The translations under genes were made by a program, and so were the position numbers. This document shows, in pieces, positions 50,322 to 62,804 of a stretch of 64,000 nucleotides of DNA. The notes beneath the pieces were generated by a model, which worked only from the letters and a program-made list of their open reading frames with translations, was not told where the DNA came from and searched no databases. The stretch's first letter is position 1, and each line of letters starts with the position of its first letter. Source of the DNA: Octopus bimaculoides (lineage: Eukaryota); contig NC_068985.1 of NCBI RefSeq assembly GCF_001194135.2, positions 32,144,865 through 32,208,864 of the forward strand. Direction: 5' to 3'.

Positions 50322-52435
50322 TAGGAGTTGGTTAAAAAGTTCATAGGCTGACCAAGGAATGTGACCAAATGAGGTTTATTTTTCAACATAATCCTCCTTG
50401 CAGTCTACTCACTTCTTCCATTGATGTTGCAATGCTTGGATCCCATTGGTGAAGAAGCTTTCATTCTGTTGGTCAAAAAAGTCATCAACAACAGATATAA
50501 TGTCATCGGACTCTCACTCAGAGTAAAAGGCAGACTGTATGACGCATGCGTACGAACAACCATGCTACATGGCAGTGAAACATGGGCTGTAACTGCTGAG
50601 GACATACGTAAGCTCGCAAGGAATGAAGCCAGTATGCTCCGTTGGATGTGTAATGTCAATGTGAATACCCGTCAGAGTGTAAGTATCTTGAGAGAAAAGC
50701 TGAACATTAGAAGCATCAGTTGTGGCGTGCAAGAGAGACGATTGCGCTGGTATGGACATGTGGTGAGAATGGAGGNNNNNNNNNNNNNNNNNNNNNNNNN
50801 NNNNNNNNNNNNNNNNNNNNNNNNNNNNNNNNNNNNNNNNNNNNNNNNNNNNNNNNNNNNNNNNNNNNNNNNNNNNNNNNNNNNNNNNNNNNNNNNNNNN
50901 NNNNNNNNNNNNNNNNNNNNNNNNNNNNNNNNNNNNNNNNNNNNNNNNNNNNNNNNNNNNNNNNNNNNNNNNNNNNNNNNNNNNNNNNNNNNNNNNNNNN
51001 NNNNNNNNNNNNNNNNNNNNNNNNNNNNNNNNNNNNNNNNNNNNNNNNNNNNNNNNNNNNNNNNNNNNNNNNNNNNNNNNNNNNNNNNNNNNNNNNNNNN
51101 NNNNNNNNNNNNNNNNNNNNNNNNNNNNNNNNNNNNNNNNNNNNNNNNNNNNNNNNNNNNNNNNNNNNNNNNNNNNNNNNNNNNNNNNNNNNNNNNNNNN
51201 NNNNNNNNNNNNNNNNNNNNNNNNNNNNNCGGGTGACACGTAAAAGCACCCACTACACTCTCTGAGTGGTTGGCGTTAGGAAGGGCATCCAGCTGTAGAA
51301 ACTCTGCCAAATCAGACTGGAGCCTGGTGTTGCCATCCGGTTTCACCAGTCCTCAGTCAAATCGTCCAACCCATGCTAGCATGGAAAGCGGACGTTAAAC
51401 GATGATGATGATGATGATGATGATCACTGTGCTGCTAGTTTCCAGCCAATTGTTTTTCATGTAGGAGAACAGATGGTAGGTGGAGCCAATTAAGGAAAAT
51501 AGGAAAGGTGATCAACCAGTTCAAAGCCACAGTCACATACAACAGCCATTGACAGCAAGGATTTGTGTGCCGGAGCATTTTCCTGATGAAACAAGACCCC
51601 TTTCATCAGTCTTCCTGGGTGTTTGGTCTTGATAGCCTTTTGTAACTGCCTCAACATAGTACTCACCATTGATGGTGTGGCCCATTTGAAGATAATCATC
51701 AAACACAATGCCTTTTGCATCCCCAAAAAACTAAGGCCATCACCTTCCCTGCAGATGAAATGACCTTAACCCTCTTTGGAGCAAGATTGTCTCTTTGTCT
51801 TTGTCTCAAAGTGATGAAGCCAACACTCATCCTGGGTTAGGAAATGTTCAAGGAAACCAGCAGGATCTGCCTCAAACAATGTCAGATTCTGCTGTGATGT
51901 GATCAGCCTGCTGTGCTTTTGGTTAGTTGTCAGATGTGACACCCACCAAGCAGAAACCTTCATCAAGCCCAAGTTCATTGTGCAGAATATTCTTGACTCT
52001 CTCACAGGATATGCTAATAGCATTGGCTATTTGATTTATAGTTTATCACCTGTCATCTATCACAATGTGGTGAACATGGTCAATGTTTTCCTTGGTGGTG
52101 GCAGTTTCAGGATGTCCAGACCTTGGGTCATCTTCAAGGCTCTCCCTTCCCCTCCTAAATTCAGTTGCCCACTTTCGCATGTTGATAAAGCTGAAAGCTT
52201 CATCTCCTAAAGTAGCAACTCTATCAACATGAATGTCATTGGGGTTAAGCCATTTTACTGCAGGTAGTTGATAACACCATGATGGCAAATTTTGTCCATT
52301 TTCAAGAGAAGTACTACTAGTTACTTTTGAAATCTTCTTTGAACAGTCAGATGTCAGTTTGCATGGAAAGAAACAATACAGTTATTAATAAGATTTTGAA
52401 ATTAATGCATGCAAGATTTCACCAGCCCACCATTG
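50322..52435 (-). mobile_element. Mariner transposon remnant, interrupted by an RTE insertion at 50508-51424
   Basis: FLTQDECWLHHFETKTKRQS (first catalytic D region), GVLFHQENAPAH and RSGHPET motifs. Terminus GGAGTTGGTTAAAAAGTTCATAGGCTGAC at about 50324. The mariner sequence resumes at 51425. Confidence 0.85.
50508..51424 (+). mobile_element. Young 5'-truncated RTE LINE nested in mariner (partly in gap)
   Basis: Uninterrupted GLSLRVKGRLYDACVRTTMLHGSETWAVT...RRLRWYGHVVRME up to the gap. After the gap is an intact tail ending (GAT)8 at 51401-51424. That both parts belong to one insertion is inferred across the gap. Confidence 0.8.
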
Positions 52436-52815
52436 TAAGTGGAAGAAGAAGACCAGGTAGACATGGGATGAAGTAGTCAATAATCCCTAATCTCATGATG
52501 ATGAGCCTTACAAGGGACACAATGAAGAACCAAGTTGATTTGTAACATGCAGTAGTCAAGATGACCTGCTCATCTATGTAACACTAGCCCTTTTGATACC
52601 AACCTATCTTGGACAGTACCAGGTTGTATGAATTAAAGTTTATTTTCAATAGGTTTCAATTAAACCTTTCCATCAAAATTTCATGTTAATGTATGTTACA
52701 AATGTCAGCTTTATAATGACAAAGTTATTTTACTATGTTCTTCATTATTTTCAAAATAATTCAAACAAAGGCAATGTACTCCAACAGAAATATAGTAACA
52801 AAAGGGTTAAAAATG

Positions 52816-52851
<36 letters not shown>

Positions 52852-52871
52852 ATAATAGAGACTGGAGGTAT

Positions 52872-53094
52872 ATCATCATCATCATCATCATCATCGTTTA
52901 ACGTCCGCTTTCCATGCTAGCATGGGTTGGACGATTTGACTGAGGACTGGTGAAACCGGATGGCAACACCAGGCTCCAGTCTAATTTGGCAGAGTTTCTA
53001 CAGCTGGATGCCCTTCCGAACGCCAACCACTCAGAGAGTGTAGTGGGTGCTTTTACGTGTCACCCGCACGAAAACGCCACGCTCGAAATGGTGT
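52872..53094 (-). mobile_element. Young RTE-tail/SINE copy
   Basis: (ATC)8 GTTTAACGTCCGCTTTCCATGCTAGCATGGGTTGGACG...; reverse complement of 51230-51424 with 2 mismatches. Confidence 0.9.
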
Positions 53095-53830
53095 NNNNNN
53101 NNNNNNNNNNNNNNNNNNNNNNNNNNNNNNNNNNNNNNNNNNNNNNNNNNNNNNNNNNNNNNNNNNNNNNNNNNNNNNNNNNNNNNNNNNNNNNNNNNNN
53201 NNNNNNNNNNNNNNNNNNNNNNNNNNNNNNNNNNNNNNNNNNNNNNNNNNNNNNNNNNNNNNNNNNNNNNNNNNNNNNNNNNNNNNNNNNNNNNNNNNNN
53301 NNNNNNNNNNNNNNNNNNNNNNNNNNNNNNNNNNNNNNNNNNNNNNNNNNNNNNNNNNNNNNNNNNNNNNNNNNNNNNNNNNNNNNNNNNNNNNNNNNNN
53401 NNNNNNNNNNNNNNNNNNNNNNNNNNNNNNNNNNNNNNNNNNNNNNNNNNNNNNNNNNNNNNNNNNNNNNNNNNNNNNNNNNNNNNNNNNNNNNNNNNNN
53501 NNNNNNNNNNNNNNNNNNNNNNNNNNNNNNNNNNNNNNNNNNNNNNNNNNNNNNNNNNNNNNNNNNNNNNNNNNNNNNNNNNNNNNNNNNNNNNNNNNNN
53601 NNNNNNNNNNNNNNNNNNNNNNNNNNNNNNNNNNNNNNNNNNNNNNNNNNNNNNNNNNNNNNNNNNNNNNNNNNNNNNNNNNNNNNNNNNNNNNNNNNNN
53701 NNNNNNNNNNNNNNNNNNNNNNNNNNNNNNNNNNNNNNNNNNNNNNNNNNNNNNNNNNNNNNNNNNNNNNNNNNNNNNNNNNNNNNNNNNNNNNNNNNNN
53801 NNNNNNNNNNNNNNNNNNNNNNNNNNNNNN

Positions 53831-53866
<36 letters not shown>

Positions 53867-53999
53867 ACACATATATATATATATACCTCCAGTCTCTATT
53901 ATTACTACCATTTTTAACCCTTTTGTTACTATATTTCTGTTGCAGTACATTGCCTTTGTTTGAATATATATATATATATATATATATAAATGCATTCAC

Positions 54000-54515
54000 A
54001 CATTTAGGTTCCTCACTCAATGTGTCTCTGTCAAGTTATCTACTTCTCACCACTCTTATATCTTTATCACCCATCCCTCTATCATTCGTGCTGTGTTATT
54101 CTGCCACTGTAATTAATGAAAGCAGAACCTGTTACTACATATTATTACCCTTCCTGTTCTGTTAGTCTTTCTCCCTTAACCACTTCCTATTGACATCCAT
54201 CTCTTACTCTTGGCATCAATTACTCTCACTGACCAGACACTACCCCCTGTTTACTTCTGATCACCTCCAACCCTATTTCTCTCAGTGCTTACTCTCTGTA
54301 TCTACACTCTTGTAACCTTTACCCACCCTTCCTGATTATTCTGATAGCATTCTCTCTTCATGTTATCCTCCTGGATGTGTTTTTGTGAGGGTACACTTTC
54401 TCCTCATCACTATCATTTTTATCTCTCTTTCCTGCATCCCTATACCTTCTCATATATTATGAGTGGTAGTTTTGAATTTCCTCTCACTCAATTCATTCTA
54501 TCTTTATCATCTTTG

Positions 54516-54597
<82 letters not shown>

Positions 54598-55125
54598 TAA
54601 CCCATGACACTATTCTTCCCATTCCCTTCTATTACCCATTTCCCTGGCATTGTCTCTGTCAATCTCTCCCTTTCACAACAATAAACGTGTTCCTCTTACA
54701 TTACTCTAATTTCTCTCAAAACCTAGCCTAAAGTCATCACTCTCACTTTTATTTTCCCTCTCAGTTGTAAAAGCTCTCTGGTCTCTCAAGTTAAAAAGTG
54801 ACCTAACAAGTGCTGGTGCCACAATGAAAATGGATTAGAAAATCAAGCAGACAACATGGGGTTAAGAGGACTCTTTAGTCTTATTTGGGGAATGACAGCC
54901 TCTTAGGTGCCGGTGCCATGAAAAATGCTTCTAGTACACTCAGTAAAATGGTTAGTGTTAGGAAAGGCATCCAGCCATAGAAACTATATCAAAACTTTGA
55001 TGTTTGAGCAAGATGTATTCATCTGACCTGTCCAGGTCTGTAACTCTAGTAAGAGTTGATGTGAGCTTTGTTAAACCATCCAATACATGCCAGTATGGAA
55101 AACCGATGTAAAATGATGATTATGG
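54000..55125 (+). mobile_element. Degraded RTE 3' UTR and tail with embedded (CT)n
   Basis: Pyrimidine-rich UTR; GGTGCCA.. and TTAGGAAAGGCATCCAGCC modules; ends GATGTAAAATGATGAT. Confidence 0.6.
54517..54597. repeat. (CT)n(CA)n compound microsatellite
   Basis: Direct reading. Confidence 0.95.
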
Positions 55126-55639
55126 TATATTTTATCATGGAATAGCACTGAAAACCCACCCCATCATCAACTTTCTTTCACATCAAATCCTAATCCTAAC
55201 ACTATTTTCTTTTTCCTTGTCCCTTCTATTACTCCCCTGGCAATGTTCCTTCTTTTACTCCATCTTCTACCAACTTATATGTTGATGATCTAGTTCTTGT
55301 ACTGAATCTATGGGGGTATTAGAGAGGAAATTTCAGGCATGGTGCCTAAATCTAGAATCAACAGGCTTCAAGGTAAACTTAGTAAAAGATTTTAGAAAGT
55401 GGGAAATAAGACAGGACCTTGGTATCTTCAGGAAAATGGGCTTGTTCAAAATGTAGAAAAAAAGGAGATATAAGCCCCTTATGCCATACCAAATATAAGC
55501 TATGGACTTAGGTATACTGGACTCACAGGTAGACTAACAGAATATATGCTTTTATATGCATCTGATGTCTCAGATGATTTTTCATGCAATCTACAAAAAG
55601 GTGATGCTGATGTCTGATCAATGCTACACTTGAATGAGT

Positions 55640-56945
55640 TAATTTGTAAAGCTTGTTCTTGAGCAGCAAGAATCAGTCCTTCTGGTCTTTAGAAAAACCA
55701 TCTCCAGAATTATTCATCAGCTTCATCTGATGTTTGCTGGAAAAAAAGTCTCTGTGTAGGACTTTCTCTTTCCATCTGTTGTCAAAACTGTTTTCCAGTT
55801 CCTCATTTTGTTTTTGAATAAATAGATCATATTTTTAACAGCCCCGACCATCTCCAGGCATTTTAGAATCTATTAGTGAGGAACCATATCATAAGCCATT
55901 TATAGGCTTGTCAATCTTCTATAACAGTTCCTCAAAATTGCCTTATCTATTGGCAACTGATTCTTTGTTACTCATGATCACTTCCTGCAGCTTTCTCCTC
56001 ATCTGCTAGTAGTTAATTTCTTGCAAGATGGTCATACAATTTCTTTCCTATTATTCCACTTAGAAATTTCCACATCATAGGCAAACAAGCAGCCAAACGA
56101 TACTTAATGACCACACTTGGCTGAGCCCTTCTGAATCAACACAGCTCTTTCTTTGACCATCTATTCTGGTACAGTACCTTGGTGTACACAGCCTTGCGGA
56201 AGTTTTTGTGGTTTAGGATGTAAATTCATCAAAACCTTGAACCAAAACCCTGAACTAGGCCTGGGCCTTCCAATTTCTCATCTTACCAACTCTCGCTTGA
56301 ATATCATTCAACATGATGGTAATGTCCTCTTGTATCTCCATGTCATTGAATTCTTCTTCCACTTCATGTTCCAAAACAAAGTTGATTCTTTGGGATCAGG
56401 TAACTCTGCTTCTTCCTTATTTCCTCCAACCGTAGAACAGCTTCTGATTTATTCTAAACAGTTGATTCTGTTGAACTGTAGGCATCTTTCTTTGTATCTT
56501 TTGATCTTAATTCCATTCGCTTCAATCTTTTATCTTAACATATTCAATATAAATGGAGTGCCCTTATCCACTAGGCGATATTCTTTATTCATATTGTTTT
56601 GTTCTCTTTCATTGAGCCACTTACTTCCTTGATCTTACTTTAATCCTTCCACCATGTATTGATACTTACTTTTATTCTATTTTTCCAGAATGGTTCTTTG
56701 TTTCTCTGTACTTTCTCATCTCTAAACATTCTCATTTTCTCTGTGATGGCACAAGCAGTAGAATACATCAAGGAATTTAACTCGAAGTTCTCCTTAATTG
56801 GAATTCTCCTGACAACTTTATTCACTCTCCTGAGTTCTGATCTTAGCTTTGCTCTATCACAGGTCATCAATGGTGGTAACCTTTTCCTTTCTTCCAGAAT
56901 TCCTTCACAGAAAGTTGCTAGTTCTGGGCTAATTTCTTCTGGCAA
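55640..56945 (-). mobile_element. R4/Dong-like (RLE-type) non-LTR retrotransposon remnant
   Basis: ORF 56640-56945 (RLPPL...KEPFWKNRIK), then a degenerate W.AP.PD.VQ..W-like segment, VLIQKG...ACLPMMWK and DKAILRNCYRRLTSL.MAYDMVPH..ILKCLEMVG RT motifs. Clade assignment is by recalled motif similarity. Confidence 0.7.
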
Positions 56946-56981
56946 CTATCTAGTGTGAGGTACAACTATCTAGTGTGAGGT

Positions 56982-57100
56982 CTTTCATCTTTTTGGGGTC
57001 AATAAAATAGGTACCAGTTGAGCACTGGGGCAACATAATCGACCAGCCTCCTTCCTCAAGTTTTCGAGCCTTGTGCCTATAGTAGAAAGGATTATGATTA
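56982..57100 (+). mobile_element. 5'-truncated SINE fragment
   Basis: CTTTCATCTTTTTGGGGTCAATAAAATAGGTACCAGTTGAGCACTGGGG core of the same SINE family. Confidence 0.7.
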
Positions 57101-57557
57101 TGTTACTCCTCACCTGATGTCAATCATCTCATCTTCCCCACCTCCCTCCAACTCATATGTATCATTAGTCACCCTCACCCAACCCAATTTCTTCAGTTGA
57201 TACCTGTTTTCTCTTCCCTGCCTTCTATCCCTGAAGACTTGTTCTTTCTTATATTCATTTTCTCACCCATTCCCTATCTCTATCCATCTTTTCTTTCTCA
57301 TACACTCTAGTAACCTCTATATAACTCTATACATTTGCACTCCCTGTTTTCTATCCCTAGTCACTTCTACTTACTTTGTATTTTGAGGGTCTACCCAGTA
57401 CCTCATCACCAGCTCCACTCCAGCCACTCCCCTCCTGTCTTCTATAATGTGAGTAATCATGCAGTTCTTCTACAGCAAGAAGTCTGTTCTGGCCCCTTCT
57501 CACACTTGAACCTCTTGTTATATCCTTACGCCTCCAATATCATAGTACAGTTGATAT

Positions 57558-60500
57558 TGTCAACAATAGATAAAGAATAAACTGTAACAGTGTTATGACA
57601 GTGCAAAATAGAAACAGTTGCACTAACAAACACACTTTTACAAACTAACAATCAATATTTGCAACACACTCACTCAAACTATAAACTGTACCTGGACTTC
57701 AAAGACCAAATTATGAACTGCTGACTACATCAGACTGCTACTATTTATATGTAGTGGTCCTGTCTATTCTCATCAGAAGGTGTTATACTCTTGCCACAAC
57801 ATCTCCCCTTTTGAGATTTTGAGTTCCAAAAGAATAAAGAAATTTTATTATTTTTTAATATCTTTTTCACTTGGGCCTTATCTCAAGGTATTCAGTTTGC
57901 TTCCATTTTCTTATGCTGTTTCTACGGGACTCCATTACTTTCGGCGCTGGGACATCGAATACATCAAAAAATACTTCCATTGGAATTTCTCTCCATTCTT
58001 CAGTATGTCTCTTCTTTAGCTGATTTATGTATCTCTTTTGTTCCCAGCATGGTCCTTTAATTAGATACATCATACTTCCTATTTTTTGGGTTAGAAGGCC
58101 ATTCAGCCAGCGTTCTTTACTATTTCTGTAAGTTTTAAAATGCACTTTATTTCCTACTTCGAGATATTTCGCTGCATCTTTTGTATTCTCTTTACGTTTT
58201 TTTTTTCTCTGGCAATAACTTATCAAAAATCGATTTTATTCTTCTTGTAAACGTCAACTCTGTGGGTGACTTTCTGGATTTGTACTTAGATTGGGGGTTA
58301 TATACTCTAAAGAATTTTGTTAGTACTTCGTCGTTACTTAATTTGTTCCTAGCTTTTCTTAACTGTTTTGAACATGTCCACGAATCTTTCTACCTGTCCA
58401 TTTGACCTTGGATGGTAGGGTGGAATGAGAATATGCTTTATTGCATGCATTTTACAGTTCTTGAATTCATACTCTGAGAATTGCATTCCATTATCAGAAA
58501 CTAACGTGTCTAGAACACCATATTGCATAAACAATTCATATAGGAACTTTATAGTTGTCTTAGCGATTGGTTTATTGCACCTACATACCTCTGGCCACTT
58601 TGTACAGCTGTCTACCATGATTAGATAGTAAGTGCACTTCATTGGTCTGGCATAATCGATATGTAACCTAGACATGGGCTCTCAGTCTCCGGCCACAATT
58701 GATATTTTACCAGTGGGGCTTTGGCTGCGAGCATGCAACTTCGACTAGTTCTCACCAAATTTTTGATATTCTGGTCTATAGTCGGGCAATAGACATAGCT
58801 CCTCATCAGAGTTTTCATCCTCGACATTTCCAGGTGTCTGCTGTGGAATTGCTGCAATACACGTTTTTGTAATATAGTCAGTACTACAACTCTTTGCGCA
58901 TACATCAGAATATCATCGCATATTAAGAAACTACTCGAATTTGTATTTTTTTCAGCTTATTTTTTAAAGCTTCTTTCATTTTTGTAATATACTCATTGCC
59001 CACAGATTTCATTCTTATATCCCGTGCAGTCACTGGCAGTTCTTGGATAACATTAGTCATAATACATTTTATTTCATTTTCTGCCTGCAGTGTGACTATC
59101 ATGGTAATTTCTAGTAGTTCCATATTTTTGAGAATTAGTCTCAATAGACAGTCTACATGACCAATATACTGCATTTTGAAATTGTAATTTAGTAATATTA
59201 TACCCCAATGTTATAGTTAGTTCACTGTATAGGTAGGTAACCCTTTCTTTGATCCATAAATTGATAGCAATGGTCGATGATCTGTTTGTAACAGAAAACT
59301 TCTATCATGTAGAAACCTGTGTAATTTTTGTACAGTGAAGATAGGGCTTCTTTTTCTATCTGACTGTATTTTTTCTCTGCTGCTATCAGCAAACTTTTTT
59401 CTTTTTTTTTTTTTTTTTCACCCTTTCAAAGCCTAGCCAGGCTCATGGGCCTGGTTTCCTGGTTTCTATGGCGTATGTGTTCCTCCCAGCTGGACGGGAC
59501 GCCAGTCCATCGCAGCGTTACTCAAGAAACAGGAAGAAAGAGTGAGAGAAAGTTGGGGGCGAAAGAGTAAAACAGGGGCGCCACCACCCCCTGCCGGAGC
59601 CTCGTGGAGCCTAGGTGTTTTTGTTAAATAAACACTCACAACGCCCGGTCTGGGAATCAAAACCGTGATCCTCCTACCTCGAGTCCACTTCCCTAACCAC
59701 TGGGCCATTGCGCCTCCGCTATCAGCAAACACGAAACCTGAATCACTGGTTTTGTACTACCATCTTTATACTTGTGTAGCAAAACTGCTCCTAATCCATA
59801 CTCCGAAGCATCAGATGCTACAACAATGTCCATTTCGGGATTGAAATGTACTAAAGACAAATCTGCAATTAGAATTTTTTTTATTTCTTCAAATGTGGTT
59901 TGGCATTTAACTGATCAATTCCACTTTACTTCCGTTTTTAATAAGTCATTCAATGGAGCTCTTAATTTGTGCATGTTAGGAATGTAATTTTGGTAGTAGT
60001 TTGTCAGCCCAAGAAAAGCTTGTAATGTTGATATATTTGTTGGAATAGGCATATTCTTTATTGCGTCTGCCCTCAATGGGTCAGGCCATCTACCATTTTT
60101 ATCAATTATTTGCCCTAAGTACTTAATTTGAGGCAAAAAGAATTCACATTTTTCTTCACTCAAAGTGAACCTGTATTCTTTAATTTTCTTGAACACTGCT
60201 TTTATATTCTCCACATGTTGTTCACGCAAATTACTCTTCATCAATATATCGTATAAATAAGGGATTGCAAGTTCACAATCAGATAACATATCATCCTTGA
60301 TTTGCTGAAATATTGCTAGTGCAACCTTTAATCCAAAAGGTAACTGGGTATATCTGTACAATCCTCTATGTGTATTCATTGTCAGATACTTTGAGCATTT
60401 GTCATTTACTTTAATCTGTAAATAAACATCAGACAGATCCAATTTGGAGAAAATTTTTCCACCATTTAATTTTGCAAAAATGTCCTCTGGAGTTGTGAGT

Positions 60501-61200
60501 GGATGGTGGAATGTCTGTAAGCAGTTGTTCAATCCTGTAGAGAAATTGGCTCATGGCTTAATCTTATTATTTTTGTTTTTAATGCACACTGTGGGCACCG
60601 CCCACTTAGAGTAATCCAACTTTTTGATGATTCCACTCTTTTTCCAGACTGTCCAAACTCTTGATTTATGATTTCAATTGCCATGAATGGTTTGTTTCTG
60701 TTAGATTTAAATACAGGCACAGTGTTTTCACGTACTTGAAAACAGGGCTTCAGTCTTTTTACATATACCTAAGTCCTCCGAAAGTACTTGAGGAAACATC
60801 TTTTTCAATTTTCTCTTCAATTCCTCAGACAATTGATTTTTGACAGGACAATCATTTATGTTTTTGCTGTAGAGACTTAATGGGAGGTGCCATAAGTCAA
60901 ATAACTCCAACCAATCTGTATCAAACAGGTTGTTGTATTCTCCACAATGAATATTTTTGCTTCATATGTTTCTCCTCAAAATGTGATGTCTGTTCACATT
61001 TTGCCCATGAAAGGTAATGTATCACCCATCATGCAAAAGGTAATGTATCGCTCATCATGCCATGTGCAATTTTCACTATTTTACATACCCTTGGTTTCCC
61101 AATTTTTCTCTATGTATCCGCATTTATGATTGAAATATTGCTACTCATATCCATCTGTAATTTAATGTTTACACTCTCGCTACTACACCTCTAATCCCTT
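57558..61200 (-). mobile_element. Ty3/Gypsy LTR retrotransposon remnant (PR-RT-RH-INT, PPT, 3' LTR; no gag or 5' LTR seen)
   Basis: RT: YRYTQLPFGL, YLYDIL (decayed YLDD), KCEFFLPQIKYLG. RNase H: SDASEYGLGAVL. Integrase HHCC-like region, RLHIDYA, LVSDNG.QF and YHPRSNGQVERF. PPT AAAAGGGGAGA (57812-57802) is followed by LTR TGTTG.. from 57801, with TATAAAT at about 57745 and an ..ACA end near 57558. Confidence 0.92.
59395..59717 (-). mobile_element. Intact tRNA-derived SINE with poly(A) tail and 13-bp TSD, inserted in the Gypsy pol
   Basis: A box TGGCCCAGTGG (59707-59697), B-box-like GGTTTTGATTCC (59664-59653) and A-tail (59418-59395). TSD GCTATCAGCAAAC at 59382-59394 and 59718-59730 (its first 2 bp may belong to the SINE head). 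Confidence 0.92.
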
Positions 61201-61239
61201 TGCATAAAATTTCCTCCTTCTCTACTGTAGTCTTAGATG

Positions 61240-61415
61240 TTAGCATCACAAAAAAGCACTCCTGCACATCTGTAAAGTGGTTGGCATTAAGAAGGGTATC
61301 CAGACATAGAGACACTGCCAAGCAGACATTGGAGCATGATGCAGGACCTGTTGAGTCCTGTTAAACTGTCGAATCCATGCCAGCATGGAACATAGTTGTT
61401 AAATGATGATGATAT
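61240..61415 (+). mobile_element. RTE-tail/SINE-like repeat
   Basis: AAAAAAGCAC..TGTAAAGTGGTTGGCATTAAGAAGGGTATCCAG...CCATGCCAGCATGGAA...GTTAAATGATGATGAT. Confidence 0.75.
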
Positions 61416-62804
61416 GAAATTTCCTATTTGCCTTAGCAAAATATAATTATGTGCTGATCAAAGTCAAAAGTTGTGTGTTTTTGTATTTATTGTGTCAGGG
61501 TAAATTTTTATGGAAATATTTATATTAAGTAGTATAATTACCACCATCATCACCATGAAAGTTATATCACCATAAGCTAAGAGCATGAGTCAGTTAAAAT
61601 GTAATATTTCAGGATACTTACACAGGCCCAGCTTATTAATTTTTGACAGATGGTAAAAGTGAAATGTCAATTGTAGACTTCAGCTGGTTAAAAAAATAAC
61701 TTTTAGTATGTTGCTAAGTTACTATTAAAGTAATGAAATATTAACAAAAATTTTCACAGGGATTAAGTAGCTGTTAAATTAGCATTAAGCTGTTGATGGA
61801 AAATTAGCAAGACGATTTTTTTAGATGATTTAATGACTACTAACTTTTGAGTTCAAATTCCACTGATATTCCTTTTTGCTATTAATCTTTCCAGTAGTAC
61901 TCAAACAAGTTGTAGTTTTCTTTAATCTTTGTGTTGACTGTTGACTGTTCATCAATACATCAAGCTCTGTCAAGTCTTGTGAAAATAGCTTTGTATTTTG
62001 GAAAGAAATTAATATTTGAGTTTGGTATATATTATCTAAATATTCCCAATTATTTAGTTAGTGAAAACATCCTGTCATTAGAGTTAACCTATATTTGATA
62101 CATAATTTGCAGTTATGTAAACAGAAGTAAAAAATTCAAGAGTACTTTGTTCCAGGACAAGCTGCAATACCTCATATTTTATTAGGCCTTCTGCAACACA
62201 CAAACACCAATGCTAATACTAATCAGTGAATTCTATTTTGACTATAAATAATACAATTATATTTCTATAGCTGTTATAATGCAATATTTTTTGAATATCC
62301 AATTGCTAATTCTGGTTTGTTAAATATATTATCCAGTAATTTTTCTGATGTTACTCCAGTCAAGTCGCTACCTGTAATGCCATTTCACATGTCTTGCTTT
62401 GTCTTTTAACAAAATCCTCTCTTCTAGTATGAAAAATATAAGAACTATTAATGAATTTTAAAGAGGAAGAATGACTTTGTAACAAACAGTCCTATATAAT
62501 ACTTCTTGGTTTTCACTATATTGATTTAAACAACATTAGATTTATTTTGTTAGGGTACATGACCTTGCATTTAGGGTGTTGGTCTCATGATCACAAAATC
62601 TTGGGTTTGATTCCTGGACTAGGCAATGCATTGTGTTCTGGAGCAAAAAACTTCATCTTGTGTTGCTCTACAATCACTTCGATATCCAATTTGATTGATG
62701 GAGTAAACTCATTTGACCTCTACAAATATATCATCTGCGCAGTTTGTTCAGTAAGAAATTGCAGAACTGTCTTCCTTGGACTAGGCAGACTGCCATTATT
62801 ATTA

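Noticed and set aside
50672-54165. Long ORFs containing X runs (also at 8838-9353, 10534-11215 and 38862-39457)
   Set aside because: Artefacts of N-gaps. Only the GSK3 and RTE parts are meaningful.
62112-62190. Possible KCTD exon 2 candidates (TTTGCAG|TTATGTA..., TTCCAG|GACAAG...)
   Set aside because: Neither yields the expected YILN.LR continuation; both hit early stops.
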